From Macrostomum lignano (lineage: Eukaryota): DNA of 64,000 nucleotides. The stretch covers positions 76,173 to 140,172 of the forward strand of contig NIVC01000901.1 of assembly GCA_002269645.1 (NCBI GenBank), read 5' to 3'. A program made the position numbers and the translations under genes. The notes beneath the pieces are model-generated. The model was not told the origin of the DNA and did no database searches. It was given only the letters and a program-made list of their open reading frames with translations. Of the stretch, positions 49,166 to 61,800 are shown piece after piece. Numbering within the stretch: position 1 is the first letter of the stretch; each line of letters starts with the position of its first letter.

Positions 49166-49400
49166 GGGGGGCATTTGTAGCCTAGTGGTGAGAGCGTCAG
49201 ACTCACGACGAAAGGTCGGGGGTTCGATTCTCAAGCAAACTCGGAAAAATTTGTCCTTGAGCAATACACTTAACTCTGCATTGCTTCAGATCACCCAGCT
49301 GTAAAATGGGTGCCAGCATTAATTGGGGCAATTGAGGGTGCGTGTGGCGACCCCCAGTCCTTGGACTGAACAGCCGTACGCAGCCTTTAGATATGCGCGC
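49166..49400 (+). mobile_element. tRNA-derived CORE-type SINE, copy 1
   Basis: A box TAGCCTAGTGG, B box GGTTCGATTC, then TGTCCTTGAGCAA..CACTTAAC...CTGTAAAATGGG resembling the MIR CORE domain. Confidence 0.8.
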
Positions 49401-49755
49401 AACAGATAGCTGCGCTCCTGTTTAAAAAACGTATCAACAAAAAACGCACTGGAAAACAAAAGAACACAAACAGACGAAGCATCAGATTGATGGAAAGGAT
49501 GCAAAGTAAGCAACTTACAAGAACAACAAATAGTTACAGAAAAAGTACTTATTTCGTTTTGTTTGCGCAATGGAACAAATATTACTGAGAATTTTACAAC
49601 TGTGTATGTGAAAAAATACGAGAAAACTTGTAATACTTTAGCGATTGCTGCATGGTTTACAAGCGGTCTGTGCCGACAACTGTAACAAATATTAAATAAA
49701 CTAAAGCATTTTTGACGATCATCTTATCGAGACAGTTTTCACTGCTTGTTAAACG

Positions 49756-49814
49756 ATGTCCAACAAAATCGTTGAAACCGACGCCAACGGCCGCGTGATT
49801 GTAACGCGCGTTAC
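49756..49814 (+). CDS. Uncharacterised small gene, exon 1
   Basis: ATG 49756, MSNKIVETDANGRVIVTRV, donor AC|gtaagt (phase 2). Confidence 0.65.
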
Positions 49815-49917
49815 GTAAGTGATAGTACACATGCAGTTTACTCGTAGTCAGCACACGCTGTTTTGGTTGTGTGCACAACAAAACACTCGCTGTACCTTTG
49901 TTTGTCCATATTTTCAG

Positions 49918-50130
49918 ATACTACCACAATATGGTCGGCCTGTACGGGCACATACCGACTGATCACATTCGCATCGGCGAAATCGCGATCGAGTCGGCGC
50001 TACATGAGGCAGCTGCCTGGTGCAGTCGCTTCCTTGCCGCCAGAGCCGCCGCCCCGGGTCAAATCCAAGTGACCTGGGGATCGGATTTCGAAGACGGCGG
50101 ACTCAATCGGCAGCCTGTGCCGCCTGCAAC
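49918..50130 (+). CDS. Uncharacterised small gene, exon 2 (symmetric, 213 nt)
   Basis: catattttcag|A TAC TAC ... AC|gtaggt; YYHNMVGLYGHIPTDHIRIGEIAIESALHEAAAWCSRF. Confidence 0.7.
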
Positions 50131-50246
50131 GTAGGTGATATAGTATTATTTGACTGTGTGTAATGTCTTACACCTCAATATCTCATTAATCAGACTGTTC
50201 TACTAGCATTTAACGGGGCATCGACGCGCTCGTTATCTGCTTGCAG

Positions 50247-50451
50247 ATATTATCTGAGAATGTGGCTGGTCGAAGAGAAAAGGATTGCAGCCGGTCGATA
50301 CGGTCGCGTACCGATCGAGCACTATCGCGCTGGCCGGAGGGCGATAGCGGCTGCACAGCTGAAGGTGAGGGCCTGCACAGCATCGCCGATTCGTTGCCGC
50401 CGCTTCTACAGACGAATAACATCAGTTTGCATAGCTAAAGTAACAACGTAG
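50247..50451 (+). CDS. Uncharacterised small gene, exon 3
   Basis: ctgcttgcag|A TAT TAT; YYLRMWLVEEKRIAAGRYGRVPIEHYRAGRRAI. Stop at 50449-50451 gives 158 aa; an alternative donor AAG|gtgagg at 50364 cannot be excluded. Confidence 0.6.
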
Positions 50452-50474
50452 TTCATTTCAAAATAATATGTTAA

Positions 50475-50720
50475 GGAGGGTGTAGCCTAGTGCATGGTGA
50501 GAGTGTCGGACTCACGACTTGAAGGTCGGGGGTTCGATTCTCGACCCTCTGGAACAATTTGTGTCCTTGAGCAAGACACTTAACTCTGCATTGCTTCAGT
50601 TCACCCAGCTGTAAAATGGGTGCCAGCATTAGCTGGGGCAATTGAGGGTGTGTGTGACGACCCCCCAGTCCTTGGACTGAACAGCCGTACGCAGCCTTCA
50701 GATGCGCCGCGCAATAGCTG
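50475..50720 (+). mobile_element. tRNA-derived CORE-type SINE, copy 2
   Basis: Colinear with copy 1: TAGCCTAG..GGTTCGATTC..TGTGTCCTTGAGCAAGACACTTAAC..CTGTAAAATGGGTGCC. Confidence 0.8.
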
Positions 50721-52171
50721 CGGCTGAGCTGTCGGTTGCACATCTGGCCATTAGGGCAGGTGTAACAAATAAATTGTTGTTAGCTATTATTAATCGCTTC
50801 GCGTGTCGTTCTATATTCACAAGCAGAGGCACCTCTTAATAAAATATGAAATAATAAATTTTAAAATATGCGATATAACTTTGCTATACTTGACTTTCTC
50901 AGTGACTTCGCGAGTTCCGCATATAGTGCTCCACATGACATAAATGATAAAGTCATAGGCTCGTATAAACATGTCATTATAATTCTGCAATGTGCTTGCA
51001 GGCATTAATAATGCAGCATTACCTAAATAAATAATTAGTGTAAGTTAAATATATTGCTGACACTTGAAACAATAATTTTACACATACAGACCAAAAGTTA
51101 AAAATACAATTATATAACAAGATGGTCAAATTACTTACGAAAATTACAATATAATCTAAATGTAGAGTAACATTGCTACACGTATATTGAGTCAATTGAC
51201 TCAAAAAAGTGCTTGAAATATTTCACTACGGTAGATTGGCTTTTTTACATTTCTTTAAAATACACAGTTTGAATAGGATCAGCTGGACTTTCTTATTGGA
51301 TCTATAACTTTTTTTTTACAGTCTGAGTCTCTTTAGACGTTGAAAGTAATGACGGCACAGAGCTGCTGTATACCCTGTGTGAGCGGGTGTATGAGTGCGT
51401 CCTGTGTACAGTATAGGCGCTCTTGCATGTGCAAATAATAATATGAGTGAGCTCACTAGGATGCTCAGGCTTGGGCGCCGTGACTGCATGCCCCTCTCGC
51501 TAGTTGCGGGTCTTAACCTGATCGAAGGAATATGACCTGGTAAAGGCCAATACATTCCCCAAAAATCATTAATCACTGCCGGCCTACATATAACATACTA
51601 TAAGCCAGAATCCCCACCTATGCATAATCGATATCGCCATTCAAAGCGATTTTATTCGCCCGATGCAAAAGAATGAAAAGAAATTTCGTATGAAAGCTTT
51701 TGTGTGCTCTGCACTAGGAGGTTGGGACATGGCATGATGTGGCTTTAATAAAAATTGATTAACTTTGTATTTTTAAGCATATAATTCACGGTTGCACAGA
51801 AATATTAATGCTAGAGGACACTCCAACACAGACTTTGACTACGACTCGTGTACAGTCCCCAAGGGTTACAGTGAAGAACTTTCGTCTACATTTTTGAGAT
51901 CGGATAACTGCAAGCTGATTAATTCCCTGGCACAAGTTCTGCATATGCTAATATAACCAGTACAGAGAATCACTTTGGTTAAATCTCTTGAGTCCCCGGG
52001 TGGTTCCTCGAGTAATCAACGTCCTTGTTAGCTAGTTGTTTACTTTTATCCTTCTGCCTGGTGAGTCACATAGAGAGCCACATGTAAATGTGATAAATTC
52101 ATTTTAGCTGCGAATTTGTAATGCAAATCGACTGCATGCGCGATAGAATGTAGGGAACCCCAGCGTGGGCC

Positions 52172-52470
52172 CCTGACAGTCCCAGAATGTCAGTCCTGAC
52201 AGCCCCAGAATGTCAGCCCTGACAGTCCCAGAATGTCAGCCCCGACAGTCCCAGAATGTCAGCCCTGACAGTCCCAGAATGTCAGCCCCGAGAGAGCCCC
52301 AGAATGTCAGCCCTGACAGTCCCAGAATGTCAGCCCCGACAGTCCCAGAATGTCAGCCCTGACAGTCCCAGAATGTCAGCCCCGAGAGAGCCCCAGAATG
52401 TCAGTCCTGACAGTCCCAGAATGGCAACCCCCGAGAGCCCCAGAATGACAGCCCTGACAGCCCCAGAATG
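52172..52470. repeat. 23-bp tandem repeat (CAGTCCCAGAATGTCAGCCCTGA)n
   Basis: ~13 copies. Confidence 0.9.
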
Positions 52471-52489
52471 GTAGCCGTGACGTGTCTAT

Positions 52490-52655
52490 GAAATTTGCTT
52501 GCGAGAAGTTTGCTTGCCGAAGTTTGCTTGCGGGACTTGCTTGCGGAAATTTGCTTGCCGAAGTCTGCTTGCCGAATTTTGCTTGCGGAATTTTGCTTGC
52601 CGAAGTTTGCTTGCGGAATCTTGCTTGCCGAAGCAAACTTCCCGCAAGCAAACTT
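52490..52655. repeat. ~14-bp degenerate repeat (AAGTTTGCTTGCCG)
   Basis: ~10 copies, ending in inverted GCAAGCAAACTT units. Confidence 0.8.
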
Positions 52656-53345
52656 CGTACTCCCGCCCTGACAGCGCCGAAATGGCATCCTAAAAAATCT
52701 CAGAAAAAGAAAATCGGCCCAGAATGCTGCTTTTGACAGCTTCCTGACAGTCTCAAAATGGTACCTATTCTTTTTAAAAAATCTTGAAGAAGTAACTTTC
52801 CTGACAAACTAAAACTGGCGCTCCTGACAGTTTAATAGCTTTGGTGTCATGCTTTTCCCGTGATTTCTGGAGCTCCGTACACCAGCAAAGATTAATAAGT
52901 TGTCAATGAGCAAAATTTACTGCAGATTAAAAATCATACAAAAAACATTTTCAGGAATATTGACTCTAAATATTTCATGCTGATTTGACTCCAGCCACTG
53001 TCTTTTGGAAGCAGGTAGGTCTGAGATCGCTGAGTTTGCTACGGTAAATTGTATTAAAATAAACAAAAAATTAGGAAGTTCACAGTTCGAGTATACTGAG
53101 CGATTAAGAAACATATTGATGATAAATTTGATTTCAAATTTTGCACTTTAAACTTTGGAAATTGCACGAGAAAGAAAGCTACAAAATCTCAACACAATAT
53201 TGATCATGCGTATAGCTTCCCTCAATACGAGCGTAGATACATCTAATTCAACAGAAGAACGCCATTTCAAAGACTCTACTGACAAGTAGTATGTACTAGA
53301 CGTGCTATAAGATTACTTAAATATTAATCCAATATTCAATATCTA

Positions 53346-54213
<868 letters not shown>

Positions 54214-54222
54214 GACTCGCAG

Positions 54223-56837
54223 CTAGAGTCGAAGAGTCGCAAACTCTGCGGCAAGGTGATTCTCCACAGGTTCGGTACCCGCAGAACCGCTGTCACCGTC
54301 CAGCCGTTGCGGCCCCAGAATCAGCCACGTCTCCTCGGCGAACTCGGCGGCCAAGTTCGCCAGCTCGTAGGCGGTGCGGCAGCCGTCCCAGCCGGACCAG
54401 TCGGCTGCCAGATGTTGCTCGATATCGCCAACCCGCAGTTCTACCTTGTGCTTCTCCATGTTCACTCCGTAGATCCAGCGAATGAGCCAGCGGTTTTCCT
54501 CCTCCAGAATTCGTCGCTCGCGATTCGCCATGAAGTCGAACTTCCAGCTGGTGGCTTTGGCATTGCAAAAGTTGGCGCTCATTTTTTTAATTCCGGCGTG
54601 CAGAAATTCGCGAATTTTTTCCGCAGTTCGCAGACTTCGATTTCTGCGAATCGCCTTCATCAGTGCTTCTGCTTCAAGCGCTTTTTTATCCGCTTTGGAC
54701 TGCATCTCCCTCAGCTCCCGGTTGTACTCTGGATCCGACTTTAACCTCTGCTTCATCTGACTGAAAGCGTGGATGTAGGAGAACTCTTCGGATGTCTCGC
54801 TTTGGAACTGATGAGCAAAGGACCGGTCGAGCAGCTCCTTGGCTTCCTTCAGAGTGAGCACGATCGAGTTGCAGCACTCCTCTGTGGACCCTCTGCCTCG
54901 GCAGTGCAGCTTGACTGCTTCGAACCTCGCCTGTCGCATCAAGTTGCCGCGATCGCTGCCTGCTGCTGCAGCCGGAGCTGCGGCCGCTGTGCTGACGGAG
55001 CCGAGCTCCAGCAGGTCCCTCACTCGTTTGCGCACCGCGTCAGCCACATTTGACTGATCAGCCGCATTGCTGACGTAGTCATCAGCCAGGTTTTGAGCTC
55101 GGGCGCACAGCTCGTAAACGCGACGGCTGAAAAACATCAGACTGGAGTCCCTGGCCCTTTGCGAGTCACCCCCGTTCGCCATTTCCAACACCCGTTTTAC
55201 AAGGTCAGTTTTGCAGTCGTTTAAGAAGTCGAACACTCTTAGTGCAGCTTCGTGACGACCAAGTTGTAAGCAGAGCTCAATGTCTTCCAGGCTGGCTTGT
55301 GGGTTCTGTAGAAGGGCTTCAGTCAGCAAATCGTCTCTACGTGTACCGTCTGGCAGGTCCGAGTCGCCCGGTAACTGACTGAAACAGTCGAAAGCCAGTT
55401 GGTACTTGTGTTCCTTTAAATAGAACCTCCCCAGGTGCTCCCAGGCGAAATGGTTGCGCTTATTTCTCAACAACCCTCTGTGAAACTGATCCTCGATGTG
55501 AATGCTGTCTTGGCGCTGAATGCAGGACATGATATTAGTGCGAAACCAGGCCTCATATTCTTCATGATCCGGCCAGTTTTGTAATGCTTGCAGAATTTCC
55601 TCATATTGATAGTCCTGAAAGTTCTCCACAGCATCCGGACACGTCTTGAATGCTAGCAGGTATTCCTCGAAGCCTTCTTCGTTTCGGCTGCATTTAAACA
55701 AATAGTGCGCCTTTCTGAAGCGAATGCATGCAATGACCCGGTCATATACGCGATAGTTTGACGCCAGCAGGGAGTCAAAGGATTGGAGCGTATTTTCTAT
55801 TCCAACATCCTCAGCTTCCAGCTCAATGAGTTCAAGGTCGACCCAGTGGTTACCAGGGTGCATTGCAGCATTTTTACCAATTCTGAGTGCCTCCAGAGCC
55901 TTCTGTTTATCGCCATTTCTCATATGCAGTCTAGAAATCTCCACTAAGTTGGAACTTTTGCATCGGTCGACTGTTTGTGCTAGATCAAGGAGCTTATAAT
56001 ACTTTCCAATTTTTTTAAACCTTTTGTAAACTTTTATACCAATAAGAAAAGCTACCGGGTGCTTGGCCTTCTCGTCTCTTCCCAGCCGTTCCAACAGTTC
56101 AACTGCTTCATCCATCAAACTTTCGCACCACGCGGTCAGAGCTCGGTCGCTAAGCACCGCCTCGGAGAAGTTGGCACAAAAAGTCGGGTTTCGGATTCCA
56201 TCCCTGGTGGAAATCTCGTAGGCTCGAGTCCATAGGTTCAGCTGACTCTCGGGGATCTCACCGGGTCTGCCCTGTCTAGTTTGCCGGGCCAGCAGGTACG
56301 CTTTCCCCAAAGCCATCTGAAGTTGTCTGGCTGCAGCTCCAAGGCCAAGCCGTAAGCCTCAGCTCCTTCTTCGTACTTCAGCGGCCCAAAGAATCTTAGA
56401 GACGCGCCTTTGATGCCATAGACGGTCGCTCTGACGTCGGCGCTGCCCTTCCATTGGCTGGTGAGCTCGGCCAGCTCGTCGCCGATCTCGTGATGCATCA
56501 GCGGCCGACCCCGCCGGATCTGGCGGATGCACAGCCGCATGGAGGACAGGATGAAGCCGCTGTGCCGCCAGAAATCGTCCGTGTCGCGCACTTGTTCAGC
56601 TTCATCAAGGAATTGCTGCGCCTTGGCGAAGTTCGGAAACGGTGGCAGAGTTGATAGGTAGCTAAGGGTGGTCAGGTAGACAACTGACATCTCAGAGTCT
56701 GACAGCCTGTACTCCAGCAATCGTTCAATCACCTGGTCGATGTTGGTTTTTGTGCTCGACTTCTCTGGTTGCCATAGAAAGTGGCATTCCAGACTCGGCA
56801 GATTAAATGGAGCAGTCCTTTGAAGTGAAGCGTCCAT
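54223..56837 (-). CDS. Intronless IFIT-like TPR protein (~871 aa if the -1 frameshift at 56301-56307 is bridged) with a putative HEPN-like C-terminus
   Basis: LECHFLW (recalled IFIT5: LECHFTW); KGASLRFFGPLKYEEGAEAYGLALELQPDN (recalled IFIT5: KGWALLKFGGKYYQKAKAAFEKALEVEPDN); TPR-like AWEHLGRFYLKEHKYQLAFDCF. Two overlapping ORFs of 199 and 697 aa. Confidence 0.75.
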
Positions 56838-57599
56838 GTGAAATTAGATTCTATATGGAATCACTGATTTGATGCGGCTGGAACAAAAACTGTCGCTGCT
56901 GCTTTTGGTGCAATTGAATCCAGAGCTTTAACTTTTACTCAACTTTAATGTACGTACGTAGTGGATAAATTTGTTTATGCGTCTGCAGCTAAAAATAGAC
57001 GTACGCTCGTACTTGTGAGTGAACAACGGCGGTGGGCCATTCTTGTTGGTGTTTCGTCTGGCAGGGCAGAAATTGTCTGTGTACTGTGCTCGCAGCTTTC
57101 TTTCTGCATTTACTGAGAAAGTCGATGCGCACTGTGCAGTGAGCTTTTGTTGGCGCCAGCCTTTCTTATCCAAACCTGTACTTCACTAACTCATTTTTCC
57201 AACTGTTCTGTGTACGTTTCCCACTGTAATTTTCCTGGAAATGTAGCTGAAGCTCTGAAGATTAATTTTAATGGTAACGCTTCTTATCATTTATCTCTCT
57301 GAAATTTAAGCTACATTTTAAGCGATATCAAATCTTTTACAGGCAATGTTGTCTATTGTTAGTATCGTTGTTTAGAATACGCTCGTAAAAGTACGTCAAA
57401 AAGCACCATTGCGATGACTCACAATTCCGATATTATTCACAAGGACTTTATTACTTAAGGAGTAAATGAATAGTGAAACCTCATTTCCTAAAAACTTTCA
57501 CTAGAAACATTTTGTTGAAAAGAAGTCGCCTAATTTTTAAATAATTTTGGTGATGGGGCTCAAGGGCTTGGTCCTTTCGTGCCCCTTTCCCAGACCCGG

Positions 57600-58010
57600 G
57601 TTTGCGTACTGACCCTGGCTGCGGTCCTCCACTGACACGCGTACAACGCGGTGTCCGTCGGGACTAGGCTGCTCGAGCGTACGACGCACGACAGCCTACA
57701 GACTCGCGTATAGATAGAAGTGCCACGTTGGTCCATCGCTCGTAGCCGATCTTGAATATTTCGCGCAGCAGACCAGCTGTGCCGCGTCTACTTGTTGGTC
57801 GAGTGAGTCCGTCAACGTCCAGGTCTCAGCGTTGTACAGCAGGACGGTCTCGATCACTGCTTGAAACAGTGCCAGGGCAGTCAGACAGGGCCTCAGACTG
57901 CAGGGCTTCCCCTCACAGAACGAAAGGCAGCCAAGACACGCCCACGGCGACGCTAAAGATCCACGCGTAAGCCAGAAACCAGACCGCTGAGGTAGATGAA
58001 CTGCTGGCAA
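57600..58010 (-). mobile_element. RTE-like non-LTR retrotransposon fragment, second copy
   Basis: LFQAVIETVLLYNAETWTLTDSLDQQVDAA, homologous to the 6-kb fragment. Confidence 0.7.
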
Positions 58011-58275
58011 CGCAGAATCTCCGTCGACTGCCTCCGCACTAAATTTCAGCCTCGATGTGCTCTAGCAGGCAGTGCACGGCTGGTGCAACGCTAAAATTAA
58101 TTTTCCTCTTCCGACAACGGCGTCTCTGGCGGAAGTATGGGATTGTCTGGCAGCGGGGTGGTGGCGCGTTAACAGTGGCGGTGTAGAGATCTTCGAAATA
58201 CAGTGCAAGCAGACTACTAGAAGCAGTAAGATAAAAATTTGCACAACCAAAATTTTTAATGTCACGCGATCAAAA

Positions 58276-58809
58276 CAAGGACGAAAAGACGGGAAACCTT
58301 GTTTCTTAGAAAAATTTAGAAGGCGGCTTTTCCCGGAAAAATACACTACGGAGATAGGAAGTTTTCATTTTTTCAGCACAAAAATTGTTATTGCCATTGA
58401 TAGGAGGCAGATCCAAGGCTCATCTTTTGATATGTTGTGCCTTACTTATTGCTCTATCGATATTTGTAAAACTTATCGTTCAAAAAATTAGGATTCAAAT
58501 TTAATTTTTTATTTTACGTACGTTTCCTGTACCTAAAAAAATAATAATGCATTGTACAGCTCCAAATCTTTGGTTTTATGAATCCATTTTATCATTTTTG
58601 CTACGCATATTTGTTACACAGTCAGCTAAGAATGATGAAATAGACTCATAAAATCAAAGAGCCAAGCTGTGCCATTTTAATGGTTTTTAGGCACTAGACG
58701 TGCACAAATATACGTAGAATAAAAAATTAACATGGAATCCTAATTTTCTGAACAAAAAGCTTTATGAATATCGATAGAACAATAAGAAAGGCACAACATA
58801 TCAAAAGAT
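58276..58809. mobile_element. Truncated, diverged copy of the P-like foldback element
   Basis: Shares AAAAATACACTACGGAGATAGGAA, GATAGGAGGCAGATCCA and the internal/right-arm sequence with 31646-32344; right TIR cut at ~58809. Confidence 0.85.
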
Positions 58810-58819
58810 ATGTTGTGCC

Positions 58820-61800
58820 TAAGCGGTTGAGCTGCCCGATACAGTCGAGGACTGTACGCGAGCAGGTGGTGCTGCGCTCAAGGGCGTGAATCGCCGCTTG
58901 GCTGTCTGATTGGAGGGTTATTTCCTTCCCCCAGACGCGCTGATTGTACAGCTCCATGGCGCAGGAGCTAATGGCGAGAACTTCGTTCTGGAAGACGGTG
59001 GAGCAGGTGCCGGTGTGTTGGGAGAAGGTCGCCATAGTTCTCCCTCCAGACACGATGCAGTAGCCGTATCCAGAGGCGGAGTTGATTTGGGACCCGTCAG
59101 TGAAGCAGTGGATTTCATGGGGTTTCCAGTTGTCTCTCGCTTCATGGCGTGGTGGAATGCCTCTCGCTGCTTCCAGGTCTCGCAGGCTGAGGTCGCCATG
59201 CGGCCGGAGGTTCCGCTTTCTGAAGGCAAACTGCTTCTGGATTTGGACACCCGCGTCAAGCAAACGTCGGGTGGTCTTCATTGCCTCCCCTCTGACATAA
59301 AGGTCGAGGGGGGATGTCCAAGAAGGAGTTCATGCCAGCGAAGGGCGTTGAGGGAGCTGCGCTCATGATAGCTCGACAAGCGCGGCCTTGCACCCTATTT
59401 AGAACCTCAAGAACCCCTTTCACCTCTAGGGCACTGTTCCAAATGAAGCCGGCGAAGGAGATGGCCGGTCTAACAATGGCAGTGTAAATCCACCAGAGGC
59501 GGCGGGGGGTGAGGCCCCAGGTAGCGCCGAAAGCTCTGCGGATCTGCGCGAGAGTCGCGAGAGCTTTGCGGGCTTTGGTTTGGACGTGCGGGGTCCAGCT
59601 TAGCTGTGGTCGAGGGTGACGCCCAGACATCTGGTTTGTTTCTCCATGGCAACAGGTTTGCCATAGAGGGAGAGCGGTTCGATCCTCCAGTTTCGGCGGC
59701 TGGTGAACATGATAGCCACGGTTTTAGACTCAGAGAACCTGAGACCGCAGCTGTGTGCCCAGCGTTCGGCACGGTGGATGAAGGCTTGAAGGAGTCCCTG
59801 AGGACCGCGGGTGATGGTCCAGCCACAGTGGCGGTAACATCATCCGCATAGCCGACCTTCTAAACTGGGTCCGGATGCGGGCTGCAAAGCAGCTCGTCCA
59901 TGACTATATTCCAGAGGATCGGGCTTAGGAGAGGATCGGGCTTCGGGCTTAGGACTTGCGGTCCGCCTTTCTGGACTTCCACGGAGCGCGAGTGTCCCAG
60001 GAGGCGCGAGGTGGCAGTACGATGGGAGACCATGTACATGATCCAGCGAGTGAGGTGCTCGTGCGTGCCCCGGGATTCCAGGGCCCGCTTAAAGACTTCA
60101 AAGAGCACATTATTGAAAGCATCATCAATGTCGAGGAAAAGCGAGAGCGCGTATCCATTGCCAAGCACGGCGTGCTCCAGCTTGTCGACAATGGCGTGCA
60201 GCGCACTTTCGATGGAGCGTCCAGAACGAAAGGCGTGCTGGTTAGGGGAGAGCGGGGAGTTCCTCAGCTCTACGAGGAGAAGGCGCCAGAGCACCAGCCG
60301 TTCCATCAGTCTCCCTTCCCTGGCTTGGGTATGAAGACTACCGTAGCCTCTTGCCAGGCTTTTGGCACGTACCCAAGGGTAATGCTGGCCTTGAAGAGGT
60401 TGCAGAGGAGGCCGAGAAACCTGTCATTTATAACTGCCTCATGGAGGAAGGCAGGATAAATGTTGTCAGATCCTGGTGACTTGAAAGGAGAGAAGTATTT
60501 TGCGGCGCGAGCCGTCCTCTCTCTAGTAATGATGGTCGAAGCCAGGATCTGTCCGCCCGGAGAGTGGTCCGGTGGGCCTAGCTGCTGTGCGGCACGTGGG
60601 AAAGAGCTGGTGAGCATGATGTCCAGCGATTCCCCAGGGTTCTCAGCGAGCCGGCCGTCCGGTCTTTTAATAACTGAGAGCTTTTACATTTTGTCAAGAG
60701 TGAGAGCCTTAACTACGCGCGAAGTGGGGCGGGTGCCTTCTAACTCCGCGCAGTATTGGCGCCATTTGTCGGACTTGGCTTTCCTGGTTTCACGCTTAAA
60801 GTCGCGGATCGCTTCTTGGTAGGCGGCCAGGTCAGCTGGGTCCTTGCTCTTGCGAGCTTACGGTTGGAAGCACTTTACCTTGCGCCGGAGGGATCCAAGC
60901 GCCGGGTGCAAACAGGGGGCGGATATTGTGCCTTTGTAGGCTTTAAGAGGACAGGAAGCCTCATGGGCTGTCAGGACGGTCTTGCTGAGCAAGTCTGCAA
61001 GGTCATCCACTTCCTGACAGATGGTTGGAGCGGCGGTAAACAGCTGATCTGTCTGGCGTTTCAGGGTTTCCGTGAAAGCCGTCCAGTCAGTGTTCCGGAC
61101 GTTCCTTTTCCACAGGATGTGAGGCTTGGGGCAAGAGGATTGCAATCGGAAACGAACGAAGCGATGGTCAGACAGAGATTCCTATTCGTCCCAAACCTCC
61201 CAGTCCTTGACTAAAGGAGTCAAGCCATGGGAGACGAGGGTAACGTCGAGGGCCTCCGTCCATCGCCCGTTGTCAAAGGTGGGGGTTCCACCAATGTTGC
61301 AAAACTCAGTATTGGTGGTGCAGATGTAAGCAAGGAGTTCCTCGCCTCTGCTGTTGGAAGTATTATTGCCCCAGTGGGTGTGGTGAGCGTTGACGTCGCC
61401 CGCCACCAGCAGCTCGAACCTACAGTTAGAGCAGTAGTCCACGAGGGAGATGAGGTTGGGTGGAACCGCGGGGCCATCGCCAGGGATATAGATCGAGGCG
61501 ATGATGACCGTGCGGTTGGTGATAATATGGTTGAATTGAATCACACAGAGATCTCTGTCAGAGAGGTCCGGTCTGTGCCAAGCTTTGAGATGGGTAGACA
61601 CGAACATGGCTGCTCTGGGGTTTTGGTGGTCTTGAAAACAGTCAAAACCAGCAGGAATATTCAGAATCTTACCTTTCTTTGTCCAGGGCTCCTGGAGTAG
61701 GATGATGCCCGGTTTCGCAAAGTTTGCCACCCGCATCAGGTTGGTCGAGGCCGCGATGCAGTGGTGTAGGTTTAGCTGCAGGATGTCCACTCCGGGGAAT

